In this document: piece by piece, positions 27,384 to 42,479 of the stretch
How positions within the stretch are numbered: the stretch's first letter is position 1
Layout of the letters: each line of letters starts with the position of its first letter
DNA from: Octopus vulgaris
Taxonomy: Eukaryota
DNA length: 64,000 nt
Reading direction: 5' to 3'
NCBI GenBank assembly: GCA_951406725.2
Contig: OX597830.1
Coordinates: 50,530,001 to 50,594,000, forward strand
The notes under the pieces: generated by a model
What the model was told of the DNA's origin: nothing
Seen by the model: only the letters and a program-made list of their open reading frames with translations
Databases searched by the model: none
Program-made: the position numbers and the translations under genes

Positions 27384-28485
27384 TATGCATGATAGAGAAA
27401 CATTTCATAAACTCTCAAATACAATCCAAAATAGAAAACAAATTAGAATTGGAAACCGTGTAATAAAAGAAATAATATAAGAACTAAAACCAGATCTTGA
27501 GGAATTTAACGAAATTATTTACGCAGCATCTAAGACAATTGAACCCAGCTGTATGCCTCTGAAAAAAAAGAAAGAAAGAAATACAAACCCGAGAAGAAAT
27601 TCCAAACTGGAAAATAAAATTGAAAAAGAGATTGAAATAATGAGAGGTGAAATATTAATATTGAATGAACTAATCTGTGGAAACGATATAAAATCGAGAA
27701 AAGGAAGAAAGATGAAGAGAAAACATAGATTCTCAACAAGAGAAGAACTGCTTTTAGCAAAAGAAACCCTGCAACAATATGTCCAAGCAAAATGAAAGAG
27801 GATACGAAGATTTGAGAAGAGAAACAAATTTTACAAGCAAAATAAGCTGTTCACATCCAATGCGAAAACATTCTACAGAGAAACAAGGAGAAAATAAACC
27901 GTTGAAGACCCTTCCCCCTACCATTGAAGAAGTTGAAAACTTCTGGAAAAATATCTGGATTGATAAAAAGACAATGAAAATGCGAACTCGATTAGGCGCA
28001 CCGAAGAATCCTATCAAAATTTACCAGAACAAGCGTGGGAAGACCTCACAATACCGGACCTAAATATGACACTTACGAAGAAAGTGGAAATCCCTAGGTA
28101 ATGATAGGGTGCCAAATTTCTGGCTCGCATCGCTCCAGGGCACACACGAAACGTTAGTCCAGTTATTCAATGAAATTATGAGTGATCCTAGAAAAAAACC
28201 CCGATTGTATTACTTACTAACTCCCTAAGAATAATAAAACCAAATTTCCCCAAAACGATCATCCCATAACACGTCTATCTACTACGTATAAAATTGTAGC
28301 ATCCATCCTCGTGGAGAAACATAGAAATTTATAGAAGAGAATATTTCCCCACTGAACTAAAAGGGTGCCGAGGAGGCTCATATGGATGCAAAGAACAACG
28401 ACTCTTAATCGCTTGGTCCTTGCGGACTTCTATAACAACACAGATATTTCAGTTCCGCATGGATTGATTATAAAAAGGCCTTTGA
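27384..28485 (+). mobile_element. Second copy of the RLE-type LINE RT fragment, truncated at WIDYKKAF
   Basis: Colinear with 25095-26200. Confidence 0.85.
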
Positions 28486-28697
28486 GCTTTCTCCGTCCGG
28501 GTTGCGGATCCGTGGAACAAGCTGCCAGATGAGATGGTGAAGATGCCAACGACCGCTTTGTTCAAAGCCTCCCTGGACCTCAAGTGGCCTGAACTCTTTA
28601 CATGAACACCACCCTGTACTTAACTCCATGTCCCCCTACATGGCCTTGCTATTTGCTTTTGAGCCAAATTAACTAACTAACTAACTAACTAACTAAC
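28486..28697 (+). mobile_element. 5'-truncated CR1-clade LINE 3' end with (CTAA)n tail
   Basis: Open frame AFSVRVADPWNKLPDEMVKMPTTALFKASLDLKWPELFT* (stop at 28603-28605) matches the FS.RV...WN.LP...FK..LD C-terminus of CR1-type ORF2. A short 3' UTR and (taac)n tail follow. Confidence 0.8.
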
Positions 28698-28734
28698 GAC
28701 TGGATGCTGAAGTTCGTTGCAAATCACAAAATGT

Positions 28735-29230
<496 letters not shown>

Positions 29231-30464
29231 GCAAAAGACGGAACGATCGATAGACAAAAACGAAAGAGAAAGAGGCAATAGGAGAATATAAGCTCCAGAA
29301 GTAAAAGACATAGAAGAGAAGAAACGGAAAACGTTGAAGAATTCACCATTGTTGGACAAGAAGAAGATTAAACGCAATTACTGGTCATTCATAAAATGTT
29401 CATAAAAGACATTTTTCTGGAACTTAGTATTTATTTGGCAAGATATCAGCAATGAGGAAAGACGAAAGAGACGTGTATTCCATCCAAGAATTATTGAGAT
29501 GTATTAAAAATGAGTTTTTGGTGCTTGATTTAATGGGAGCACCTCAGGTACATTTGTACATGCTGCCAATAAAACAGAAGACAAGAACTATCGTAAACAC
29601 ATGAGAAACAAACAATAACGGAAACGAAGCAAGGAAAACGATGAAATCAAAGTGTTTTGCTTGTTTCTTTGGCTCGATTGATTAAAAAAGATGAACGATG
29701 TGTTTTATTAACAGAATCTTCATCATCAACAACGATTGAAGACAGAGATAGTTTATAATCTGTCTCTGTCGTCTCGACTCTCTTCTCTCCCCCTTCTCTC
29801 AACATCTCTTCGTGCTTTCGTGGTACGTAAAATAAGTACTCTGCCGATTAATGATGTTGATGTAATAGATTTTCCCCAAAAGTGCCTTGTGCCTATAGTT
29901 GAGCATATACAATTATATGGGTGAACCATAAGAATAACTAGGGAATAATTTGACATTTCTTGTGAATCCTATTGACCTTGTTCTGATGCAAATTAAATTC
30001 TATTTGAGCGATCGCAGCTGTAATCGAACACTGAGACGGCGAGTGTATACAAATTGGATAACGAAGCATTGTAGCCCCAACCACGTTATATAAAGTTTTA
30101 AGATGTTATGATGATGATAGAAGGTTTCGATGCTATTGGGTGGTGGTGTGGAGGTGGTGGAGGTGGTGGTGGTGCTGATGGTGGTAGTGGTGATAAACGA
30201 TTGACAGAGTTAGGACCAATTACGATATAGTGGACATCTTCGTTTGGTTTATACATTACATATAAGTTTAACTGTGTATGTATACTATGTATGTATATAT
30301 GTATATTTACGATTATGTAGGTGCAGTCTATAAGACGTTTGCTTTCCAGTCGCATGGATGTCTTCTAGCATAGCCCAGGGCCCATCAAGGACTTATAATT
30401 TTAAGTGGATTTTGTAGACGGAGACTGAAAGAAGCTTATTGTATATGTATGTAAGTATATATAT

Positions 30465-31250
30465 CATCATCATCATCATCATCATCATCATTTAGCGTCC
30501 GTTTTCCATGCTAGCATGGGTTGGACGGTGCAACTGGGGTCTGTGAAGCCGGAAGGCTTCATCGGCCCAGTCAGATCTGGAAGTGTTTCTACGGCTGGAT
30601 GCCCTTCCTAACGCCAACCACTCCGTGAGTGTAGCGGGTGCTTTTTACGTGCCACCCGCACAGGTGCCAGACAGAGCTGGCAAACGGCCACGAACGGATG
30701 GTGCTTTTACGTGCCACCGGCACGGGGGTCAGGCGAGGCTGGCAACGGTCACGAACGGATGGTGCTTTTACGTGCCACCGGCACGGGGGCCAGGCGAGGC
30801 TGGCAACGGACACGAACGGATGGTGCTTTTATGTGCCACCGGCACGGGGGCCAGGCGAGGCTGGCAACGGACACGAACGGATGGTGCTTTACGTGCCACC
30901 GGCACGAGGCCAGTCGGGGTGGCGCTGGCAACGGTCACGAACGGATAGTTCTCTTACGTGCCACCGGCACTGGTAACTCAGCTGCAATTTCCATTGATCG
31001 ATTTCGATTCTGATCCTCACTTGCCTCAACAGGTCTTCACAAGTAGAGTTTTGTGTCCCAAGAAGGGAAGGTATGCATAGGTAGGCTGGCTCCATCCCAT
31101 GTAGAAGGCCACGGGTTATGGTCTCACTTGTCCTGCGGGTCTTCTCGCGCACAGCACACTTCCAGAGGTCTCGGTCTCTAGTCATTTCCTCAGTGAGACC
31201 TAAAGTTCGAAGGTCGTGCTTCGCCACCTCGTCCCAGGTTTTCCTGGGTC
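30465..31250 (-). mobile_element. 5'-truncated RTE-clade LINE 3' end with (ATG)n tail
   Basis: Minus strand [33 protein letters not shown] matches the GRPRKTW..DL..DR..W RTE C-terminus. A long 3' UTR follows, with the tail read as (cat)n at 30465-30491. Confidence 0.8.
30637..30970. repeat. GC-rich ~61-bp minisatellite (about 5 units) inside the RTE 3' UTR
   Basis: gtgccacc recurs at 30649, 30711, 30772, 30833, 30893 and 30958. Confidence 0.92.
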
Positions 31251-31257
31251 AGCGGTT

Positions 31258-31333
<76 letters not shown>

Positions 31334-31356
31334 ATATGTATATATATATATATACC

Positions 31357-31393
<37 letters not shown>

Positions 31394-31439
31394 ATATATA
31401 TATGTATATACATATATACATATATATTATATACATATT

Positions 31440-31645
31440 CTTTTATTCCTTTACTTGTTTTGTTTCAGTGATTTAACTGTGGCCATGTTGGGTCTCCGAC
31501 TTTTAGTCGAGGTAATCGATCCTGAACTTACTCTTTGTAAGCCTGGTGCTTATTCTATCGTTCACTTCAGCCGAACCGCTTAGTTACGGGGACGTAAACA
31601 CACCAACATCGGTTGTCAAGCGATGGTGGGGGTGACAAACTGACG
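31440..31645 (-). mobile_element. SINE family A, 3' half
   Basis: gccgaaccgcttagttacggggacgtaaacacaccaacatcggttgtcaagcgat is the reverse complement of the family A body. Confidence 0.8.
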
Positions 31646-31711
31646 CAAGCACACACACACTCACACACAAATACGTGCACATACATATATATGTATATAT
31701 ATATATATGCA

Positions 31712-31749
<38 letters not shown>

Positions 31750-32089
31750 CATATATATACATATATATGTATATATATATGTGTGTATATAAATATATGT
31801 ATATATATTATACATAGGACGAGACGATTGAATAAACACAAACCTTAAAACATATAAGTACTGAGGTCGTTTCGTTTGGCAGGAATTCTTTTAGAGTGGT
31901 GCCTTGGCATGAATTTGGATTTTCATTGATCGGGAATGAGGAACTCTCGGGAGTTTGCTCAAATGAATCTTTTTCATGCAAACCAACTAACTGAGTATTC
32001 CGCAGACACGTTTACTTTTAACATAATTGTTTGGGAGAATCAGCGTAGATACAATCAGCCTGACTGGATTCTATGAGACAATCCACTTC

Positions 32090-33058
32090 CAGTTAGAAGT
32101 TAGTACCTATTTTATCGACCCGGAAGGAGGAAAGGTAAAGTCGATCACGACGGAATTTGAACTCCAAATGCAAAGACGAACTCCAAATGCAAAGACCACC
32201 AAGCAATCTGTTCAGTGTGCTTGCCATTATGCCAACTCGCCGCCTTTCTATACCTAAATATTGTCTGATATTCTGCCGAGACTACAATAATAGCAAGAAC
32301 ATTAATTGTTTCAAATTTTGGCAGATGCCAGCGGTTCTAGAAGAAAATGATTATTCGATTGTATCAACTCCAGTACTCGACTCGTTTAATTCGTCGACAG
32401 ACAATTAAAAGAGGAAAGGCAAAGCTAACATCGTCGAAATTTGAACTCGGATCGTAAAGAGCAAAAAAAAGATAAAAGAAAAAAAAGATAATGCAAAGCA
32501 ATTTGTCTGAATCACAAAAATTCTCTCAGCTCACTGCTTTAATAAAATAACAATTCTTTCTAATGTAGGCAAGGGGCCTGAACATTTGGAAGAGTTTAGT
32601 CGATGAAATTTATATTAGTGTTCAAATTTTGGCACAATGCCGGCAATTTTCGGGGAGGAAGCAAGTCGATTACATCGACCATAATGCTCAGCTGGTTCTT
32701 AGTTTACCAAGCCCAAAAGAATGAAAGACAAAGTCGACACTGGCGGCATTTCGACTGAGGACGTAAAGAACCGGAATGCAGCTAAGCTGTTCTGTCCGAC
32801 TCGCTAACAATTCTGCCAACTCACTGCTTTAAACTGATAATAAACCTCCCTATTATAGGTGCAAGGCCTGAAATTAAGAGGAGGGGGATAGTAGATTACA
32901 TCGATCTCAGTACTCAACTTGTACTTATTTTATTGACCCCGAAAGGTTGAAAGGCAACGTCGACCTCGGCAGAATTTGAACTAAGAACGTAAAGATGGAC
33001 GAAATGCCATTAAACATTTTGCCCAACGTGCTAACGGTTCTGTCAGCTCACCGCTTTA
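32090..33058 (-). mobile_element. Cluster of about four co-oriented, diverged SINE family B copies
   Basis: The core aaaggcaaagtcgac..gaatttgaact recurs at ~32130, 32415, 32724 and 32950. Confidence 0.75.
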
Positions 33059-33059
33059 G

Positions 33060-33130
<71 letters not shown>

Positions 33131-33175
33131 CATAATAATAATAATAATAATAATAATCATAATAATAATAATAAT

Positions 33176-33640
33176 GTATCTGGGATATGCCGATACACAC
33201 AGATAGAGAAATTAAGGCCAACAGACCAGATATAGTTGTCAGAGATCATGAAGAAAAAAAAAATGCTTTCTAATTGATGTATCAATACCGGCAGATGACA
33301 ACGTGTCTCTAAAAGAAATGGAGAAACTCTCAAAATACAAACACCTGGAAATAGAGGTAACTAGAATGTGGAATCTGAAAACAGAAACAATTCCTATCAT
33401 AGTAGGTGCATTAGGCATGATAAAAAAATATTCAGACAAATACATAACAAAAACACCAGGACTTACAAACACATATAACATACAGAAAATTGCACTACTA
33501 GGCACTGCACACATCCTACGCAGAACACTTTCCATACAATAACCATCAGAGCATCACAACAAATCACAGCACATACCCAAGGCACACAGAGCTGCGCTCG
33601 GTAGTGAAATGAAAGCACGCTATAAAAATAAAACTACTGA
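33176..33640 (+). mobile_element. 5'-truncated RLE-type (Dong/R4-like) LINE 3' end, well preserved, embedded in (AAT)n
   Basis: WDMPIHTDREIKANRPDIVVRDHEEKK/CFLIDVSIPADDNVSLKEMEKLSKYKHLEIEVTRMWNLKTETIPIIVGALG..LRRTLSIQ* is a PD-(D/E)xK restriction-like endonuclease, with one slip in an A-run. ~100-bp 3' UTR; (AAT)n on both sides. Confidence 0.92.
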
Positions 33641-33700
33641 ATAATAATAATAATAACAATGATAACAATAATAATGATAATAATAATAATGATAATGATG

Positions 33701-34007
<307 letters not shown>

Positions 34008-35314
34008 GATTATGTTAATCAAGAATTTTCCACAGTCACAAATTATTTCAGAGAGTAACCAATTCTTCTCAACTGACTCCAAACTCAATATTTAACTTAA
34101 TTCTACCCCAGTCTGTATTTCCAGTTCAGCTCTATGAAACACATGTACCATTCTACAGATTTAGTTTCTTATCTCTGTGGTGGTGGTTGTAGTGGCTCTC
34201 GTGGTTGTGGTGATGGTCGTGGTGGCGGTGATGGTCGTGGTGGAGTATGTATGTGTGTGTGTGTGTCTCTGTGTGTGTGTGCGTGAGTGTGTAGGAGGTA
34301 CAGTTGATTAATGACTTCATGTCTTCACGAAAGTCTCTTTAGAAAATAGCCAAAGGTTTCTATACGAGATTAAATATTTCCCGAATGATACCTTAAAATA
34401 GATTTCGTAATAAGTTTTGCTTGCTTCATTAGTGTTATGAAACCTCTACACCTTCCCATTTCCAGCCCTGACACATATACAAATGTATGTGTGTGTATGA
34501 ATGTGTGTAAGTGTGTGTGTTGGGTCGCGCGTGTGTATTTGTGTATGAATACGGTATGTCGATACAATGATTATCAAAATATATCGGACTCAGTAAGCAC
34601 ACGCTCTTACGAAAACACACGCATATGTGTGCGTGTATGCATGTATGTATGTATATAATTGTGTTTTTTTTGTGCGTGCGTGCACGTGTGTGTGTTAGAA
34701 AACATTTTCAATTGGTCAGCTTTCACAAGACGTTACTCAGGGACTTACCAATAGTTGCCAACTTGTGGTTGTCCCGACGTCCGAAGATTAGCACACAAAG
34801 AAAAAACCCTTCATCAGTTGTCGGCTGTCTATATACTTGTCATTTCGAGCATTGAATAACAATATGAGTCTTCGAAGACAGTTGCTCCCATAAATACCAA
34901 AATATAACCTTGGATTTATGGAGGGTCAAATTTGGGAACAAAAACAGAACAGTGGAGACATACAAGGAAACCGAACGAAAATATGGGTATAAGTAAGTAT
35001 TTCATTTATTTCTCACCGTATTTATCGCTGACGAGGAGAAATTTCTGTTGGCTTACTTCGAGACGCGTGCTTGTAGTGATAAATTATACGGTTATTGGCG
35101 ATTTGTCTATTTTCGGCATATTTGGCATTAGAATTTTTTTTCTTTTGCCCTTATTTATAAGTTGTTTATGAATTTAACCTTTAAAGATATTTTTTAATAT
35201 GCTGGCCATTGATAGAATTTTTTTTCGAAAACTTTTATCCTATATTAGATGTATATATATATATATATATATACTAGCTGAAGGTGACCCGCTCTACGCG
35301 CGGGTAAGAGTGTG

Positions 35315-35650
35315 GTTGTTACTTTCTGTTGCTTCCTTTCAGCACGTAAAAAGCACTATCCGAACGTGGCCGATTGCAGCGCCGCCTTGACTGGCTTCTG
35401 TGTCGGTGGCACGTAAAAAGCACCAACTGATCGTGGAAGCTGCGAGCTCCCCTGGCACCTGTGCGGGCGGCATGAAAAAAGCAGCCACAACACTCACAGA
35501 GTGGTTGGCGTTAGGAAGGTCATCCACCTGTAGAAACACTGCCAGATCAGACTGGAACCTGGTGCAGCCTCCTGGCTTCCCAGACCCCGGTCAAACTGTC
35601 CAACCCGTGCTAGCACGGAAAACGGACGTTAAACGATGATGATGATGATT
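35315..35650 (+). mobile_element. RTE-related 3' end fragment with (GAT)n tail
   Basis: Reverse-complement homolog of 30465-30720 (gagtggttggcgttaggaagg..aacggacgttaaacgatgatgat). Confidence 0.8.
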
Positions 35651-35967
35651 CTCCCTCTTTGTTTCTCTCTCCTTTCTCTCTCACTTTCCCCACACTCTTA
35701 CTTTTCTTTTCTCTCGGACTCCCCCTCGCTTTCTCTTACTCTCTATCTTTATCTATCTCTCTCCCATTTATAAACAACAAAAGATCTTGAGTAAGTTGAG
35801 AAATAAAATATTTAGAAAGATCAATCATAAATATCAGGCAGTGGCAACGGAAAGGTCTGCTTCAAGGCAGACAGCAAAACGCTAACATTTAAAAGGGACA
35901 GATGAACTTGCGAGCTGAATAAAAATAATAAAATATTGGAAACCAAAGTTTGAAGGGATAGAATCTG

Positions 35968-36225
35968 AGGATAGTAGAGTCACCATGGCTGGTATTTCTT
36001 AACGACAGACAGCAACGTATTGACAGTTTAACGGCTGGCGTAAAATTTTGAACTTGATGTAAAAGAAAATTCGTAAACACCAAGTTTTGAAGTGATTCTT
36101 TCTCACGACAGTAGACTCACCATGGCAAGCATTCAAAACTTCTTCATCATGGACGGCAACACATTGACGATTAAAAGGCTGGCGCCAAATTTTTAGCTTG
36201 ATGTAACAGAAAATTCCTAAACACT
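35968..36225. repeat. Diverged ~137-bp direct repeat (2 units)
   Basis: agtaga(g/c)tcaccatggc..ggctggcg..aaatttt..cttgatgtaa.agaaaattc.taaacac at ~35973 and ~36110. Confidence 0.75.
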
Positions 36226-36461
36226 CGCCTCTTTAAATTGTAATCCCTTTCCAGTCCCATTTAGACCCCTTTTCACATTTTGGTTAATATAACCCGATTT
36301 CATTCGGGTGTACTGGGGCGACATTTTATAAGATGAGGAATTTTGTCCTAGAGATCACGCCTTTCATTTGAGGAAAAAAATAGTTGTCATGCAAACTTGC
36401 CAGCACTTTTAACATAGGTGTGCATATTTTCAGCTGCACCGACCGACCACATAATGCACAC

Positions 36462-36528
<67 letters not shown>

Positions 36529-37320
36529 GAGTGTGTGTGTGTGTGTGTGCACGCATTATATATACAAATGTATACAAATTATATATATATATGTATAAAT
36601 TAAATTAGAGATAAAACCACTAATAGGCAAATCAAACAGTGAAAAACGAAAAACAAAAACATAAAACTAAAAATATAATCTAGAAAATATATAAAATATA
36701 AAATTGAAAAATTTAAATTATTTAAATTTAAAATAAAAATTATTAAATTATATTTATAATTTGTTTAAAATATATATATAACTATGAAAAGTATTAAAAA
36801 GTTTAATATACATAAATACAGATATATACACTTTGTATATATACATTATATATACATATTTATATATAAAACACACACACATACATTATATATACATATT
36901 TATATATAGAACACACACACACACACACTCATATAAATGAACGCAAGAAATATCTGATTCATAATATTTGTTCTCATGCTCGTGTGTTGTTTGTGGCGAT
37001 GATAATTCTCTCTATGAATGCAGACAGATACATAAAAGAACGCCGAAGTGATGGGAAGGTAGGAAACAGAGTGAGTGAAAAGTGCTAGGAAGAGAGGAAA
37101 TAGCGAGAGTGAGTTGAGGAAGACAGATACTTTAAAGAACGTGAGTGGACTTGTCAAAGTGGGTTTTTGGCCCTAGCTACGACACCTTTTAAGATAGGGA
37201 TTTCTAAGGTAGCCCAGGGGCATCGTCATTTCATTTTACATGTCTCTGTAAATTTTGGAGTGAATCGGACGGGATGTAGTGGCCTTGAAAGCGATCCAAG
37301 CGGTAAAAACGCATTTCAGT

Positions 37321-37374
<54 letters not shown>

Positions 37375-37376
<2 letters not shown>

Positions 37377-37535
37377 ACGGGTTTCTTACAGTCTCCATTT
37401 ATCAAATCCACTCACAAGGCTTTGGTCGCCCCGAAGCGATAGTAGAAGACATCTAAGGTGCCAGACTGTGGTACTGAACCCAGAGCCATGTGATCGGGAA
37501 GCAAGCTTCTTACCACACATCCACGCCTGTGCCTA
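37375..37535 (-). mobile_element. SINE family A, 5' half
   Basis: aaatccactcacaaggctttggtcg..ttcttaccacac. Confidence 0.75.
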
Positions 37536-39129
37536 TATATTTATATATACATATAGACTTGTATAAGAGTATTAGTGCGGGGCTTCACTAGTAATTATAC
37601 TAAGAACATCATTTGTTACTAGCATGAAGCGCAATATAATGGTTTGTAAGTCGGATGTTAACTGTCACGTGGTCAATATCATTACAGGTTATAGCCCAAG
37701 GAGGGAACGAAAAATAACATGCAATATATATAAGCATACGTACGTGCATACAAACACACAAAATCAAGCAGCCACACACAAAAAACACATACACACACAT
37801 ATGTACATGTATATAAATGCAAACATACGTAGAAATATATATTAATATAGATTATGTAGATGCATACATTATATATATATATATATATATATATGAGTCT
37901 ATGTGTGTGGTTATAAATTTACCTCCAAACGCATGCAAACGCAAATATATGCATATAGATTTGTACCATTAATTTTATATCTTTATTACTTATTCAGAAG
38001 AAACCTTTTCACCTGGTATCAAGTTTCACAAATTTTAGCTCAAACAGGTTAGCACAAGAAAATGTAAAGATCAATTTTATGTAACGTCCTCTCCAGACGT
38101 CAGAAAATGTAGTTATAGCTATAATACTGTGTCTCAAAAAGACGGGACGATCACGGCTGGAATGATTCTGCTTGGTCATCTCTGAGCTGAGGCAAAATAA
38201 CATCATCAACAACAACAACAACAACAGATCCTAATTACAACTCACAGTAGTGCAGCATCCTTCTTTAAATGTTACAGAAGATGTAACATTCATTCTGGTA
38301 GATTCTGCGTGTTCCGTCGATCTGTTAGATATAGCAGTCAAATCTCTCTCAAATCACACACTCTTGTGTTGAGAAGTGAAGGTGGAGGGTTAATTGATAA
38401 TATATTCATAGAAGCCCGTAAAATAGATGATTCTACTTGCCGGTACGTCTTTCATCTTGAGCCGGTTTAATCATGATTGACCTGTAGCTGAGCAACAACG
38501 ACGACGTCGACAACAGCCGCAAGGAAACCAACACCGATAACTACAACGACAAGCGTTACGCAAATATTCTTCTAAAGGCTAGAAGTAATCCTAAAACTGT
38601 AATTCTTTGATCAAATATCTCAGGAAATAGATTGTCATCTTCATCTTCATCTTCATTAGAATCAAGATGTGGAATTATTAATATACAGAGAGCTGGTTTA
38701 TGGTTATGGAGTGCTGAAGTGCGACTTTATCATATTCTTGGCACGGCATAAGAAATACATTTGAAATATCGTGCGCCATGAAAGTATAATATTTGATGGG
38801 AGTGAAGGAAGGGTGCCAATTTGATCCATTCGTTAAAGGTCATTCTCTCAAAAGATCAAACCTTTGAAGTGATATAATGCATCATTCAGATATGTTGTTA
38901 GTTAAAACACCACTGACAGACACACGATTAACAGTGGCCGTCTTCTCTCTTCACACGCATCGCTGGCTTCCATATCACACCACTGACGTGCGTAGATGGG
39001 CGGTTGGCCATGAATAATACATACATACATATTATATATATGCATGTCAAACATTTCACACATATTTCACACACCTACACATACGCACACACAAATAGAT
39101 ATATGTGCATGTACATATATTCATACATA

Positions 39130-39568
<439 letters not shown>

Positions 39569-39837
39569 TGCATAGACATATACACATGAGTAATTATAGA
39601 CATAGGTACTTACACACACGCACACAAATATATGCCTGTTTAATATATGTGTGTGCGTGTTGGTATGTGTAATTATGCATATACATAGATATATACGCAC
39701 GCATAAAATGTACATGATAATAGATTGCAATATACATATATGTATGTATATGTGAATGTATGTATGTTTTTATGTATTTGCGTGTATGTACTTATGTGTG
39801 TATGTGTTTCTCACTCTCTCTCCTTGTGTGTGTGTGA

Positions 39838-40430
39838 GCCTTTGGAGAGGGTTCCAACACTGATGTTATCTACCTTGATTTCAGCAAGGCCTTTGATAGG
39901 GTTGATCATAAGATCCTTTTGAGAAAGCTGTCCAATATTGGTGTCGTTGGAAAACTGCTGCAGTGGATCAAGTGCTTCCTGTCAAACAGAACCCAACATG
40001 TTGTAGTCGAAGGAGTCAAATCCAGTCCAGCCAAAGTCAGTAGTTGTGTCCCACAAGGCACTGTGTTGGGCCCACTTCTCTTCATCATCTACATTAATGA
40101 CATTACTGACATCATCAAACACAGTAACATCAGAATCTTCGCTGATGATTCCAATCTCCAGAAGGTCGTCAATGGCGTGGATGACCGGATAAGCCTTCAG
40201 TTAGACCTACTGGCTGTTGTCCAATGGGCGGAAAAGAACAACATGTTGCTAAACGAAGACATGTTCGAACTGATCCACTTTGGAAGGGAGGACGCTCTGA
40301 AACTCCCATACTTCCTTCCTTCTGGTGAAATTCTCATGGCATCTAACAACATCAGAGACTTGGGAGTAACCTTGGACAACAACATAAGCTGGCCTACACA
40401 TATAAGCAACAAAGTTGACATGACCCGAGA
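39838..40430 (+). mobile_element. CR1-clade LINE reverse transcriptase fragment (open frame, truncated on both sides)
   Basis: DVIYLDFSKAFDRVDHKILLRKL..WIKCFLSNRTQHVVV..VPQGTVLGPLLFIIYINDI..IRIFADDS..RDLGVTLDNNISW. Confidence 0.92.
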
Positions 40431-40449
40431 ATGCTTTTTATAATTGGTT

Positions 40450-40665
40450 TCTGAGGAGGTGAGTTGGTAGAATCGTTACTGCATCAGACATGTTTAGCAG
40501 CATTTCTTCCGACTTTACGTTTTGATTTCGAATCTCAGCGGGGTCGTCTTTACTTGTATTTCTTTCGGTGCCGATAAAATAAGTACCAGTTCAGCACTGG
40601 GGTCGATATAATCGACTTACCTCCTCCCACGAAATTGCTGGCCTTATGTCAGAATTTGAAACCAT
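40450..40665 (+). mobile_element. SINE family B, diverged
   Basis: gataaaataagtaccagttcagcactggggtcgatataatcgactt core. Confidence 0.7.
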
Positions 40666-42026
40666 TATAGATTTCTCAATTAAGGCTGACCATGGCTTAC
40701 ACATCAATGAAACACCGTCTGATCTACTAAAAATAACAACTTAAATCACTTTCTATAGCCTGAAATATAAAAGAAAAAATATATATACGTTGAACAATAT
40801 AATCTCTGATAAACCTATAAAAATGGACGAGTTGGTCACAAATAAAATGCCTCGTTGTTATGTGCGCTAAATCTAGTTCGACTTTGAAATGGAAATGAAC
40901 CACATAAAAAAAAAAACATATGCAGGTGATTCGAACTCGAGACAACCGAAGCCGCGCTTACTGTCAAGTTAAATGGAGAACAACGGCTCGGTTGAATCAT
41001 GGAATTTTCTCTGAGATTTCGTTTCTTTTCTATTTTTCAATTTTGTCTGCTGGTGGCAGAGGAGGGCACGTGGAGGGGTGGGAGATTTGAGAGAAAAACA
41101 CGGTAAACACGAAACTATGTTAACATTTGAAACAAAACCAAATGACATTTTAATGTGAATCGAACTGGAGAGACAATCGATAAACCGTGTGAATTTTTAA
41201 ATCTTGAACTATACTTCTATGTGTGTGTGTGTGTGTGTGTGTATGTGCGTTTGTGTGTGTGATTATTTGAATATTGCTTTTAATGATTGTAAACGCCATT
41301 TTGTGGTGCAGACGATGTGTGCATGAAACATCGGAACATCGCAGGTAAACATCGGGAAAAACTCCAGCATTCTTGTTTTTGTATCCGGCAGCTGGGGATC
41401 AGAACCAGGAGACTTGATGTGTATCTTAATTTGTAGTTATTGTATTGTTGTTGCCGTCATTATTGTAATTGTTTTGCCCCGAGCCATCTCGTCCTTCCTA
41501 CTGGACAATCAGATCCATCTTTATTCACTTATACAAACGTACACGTTGCTCTGGTTATTTACCACAAGTTTAACTGGACTGAGCAGAACTACGGTCACAT
41601 GTGTAGTCAGTCCAGCCATGACCATGTGGTCTTTTGGTACATTTTGGATTACACCGTACAATTTTTTTTTACTTGTTTCACTCATTATACTGCGGCCATG
41701 CCGGGGAACCGCCTTGAAGAATTTTAGTTGAACAGATAGACCCCCAGGATCCATTATTTTTTGAAAAGCCTAAATCATGGGTATGTGAACTCGTGAACTC
41801 ACCATCAGCGGTTTTGAAGCAGCAGTAGGTATAAGTTTTTACCTTAAGCTTGAAACAGGATCTTGTATACGGTTAACCAAAAGTTTGATTCATTACCTTT
41901 CTTTTGCCTACTCAGTTTCACTCAGAATATATGGGTAGACTCGAGGTTATAGGAAATACGCCCAAGATACCTTACAAGCGCTGGTGACACACACACACAC
42001 ACACACACACATACACACACACACAC

Positions 42027-42073
<47 letters not shown>

Positions 42074-42379
42074 CATAATTTAGGGTATCTGAGAGATACC
42101 ACCACGCTGAAATAGCAGTCAAAATCTGATTCTAAGCCACATTAAATGTTCATATGGCACTAGGAGAGAAGACAGAGAGACAAAATAAACTAGCAAAAGA
42201 TTTTACTGGATAATTCAAGATCCCGGATTTCTGGCTTTGCATAAGGGTTCTCTGCCTTCGTCAGTGGAATATACTCAGATAGCACATAAATGCAAATATA
42301 TATATATATATATATTTGCATTTATATATATACAGCATATATATATATACACACCATACAATATACTTACATATGTATG

Positions 42380-42470
<91 letters not shown>

Positions 42471-42479
42471 TAAGATAAA

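Larger units (their letters stand above)
35274..37330 (-). mobile_element. Probable non-autonomous Helitron carrying nested insertions
   Basis: Minus-strand 3' end has hairpin acccgc-gcgtaga-gcgggt, 9 nt, then CTAG|T (35274-35305). The putative 5' end at ~37250-37330 (tttataactgaaatgcg..ccgattcactccaaaattt) abuts (TA)n. That the two ends belong to one element is inference. Confidence 0.55.
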
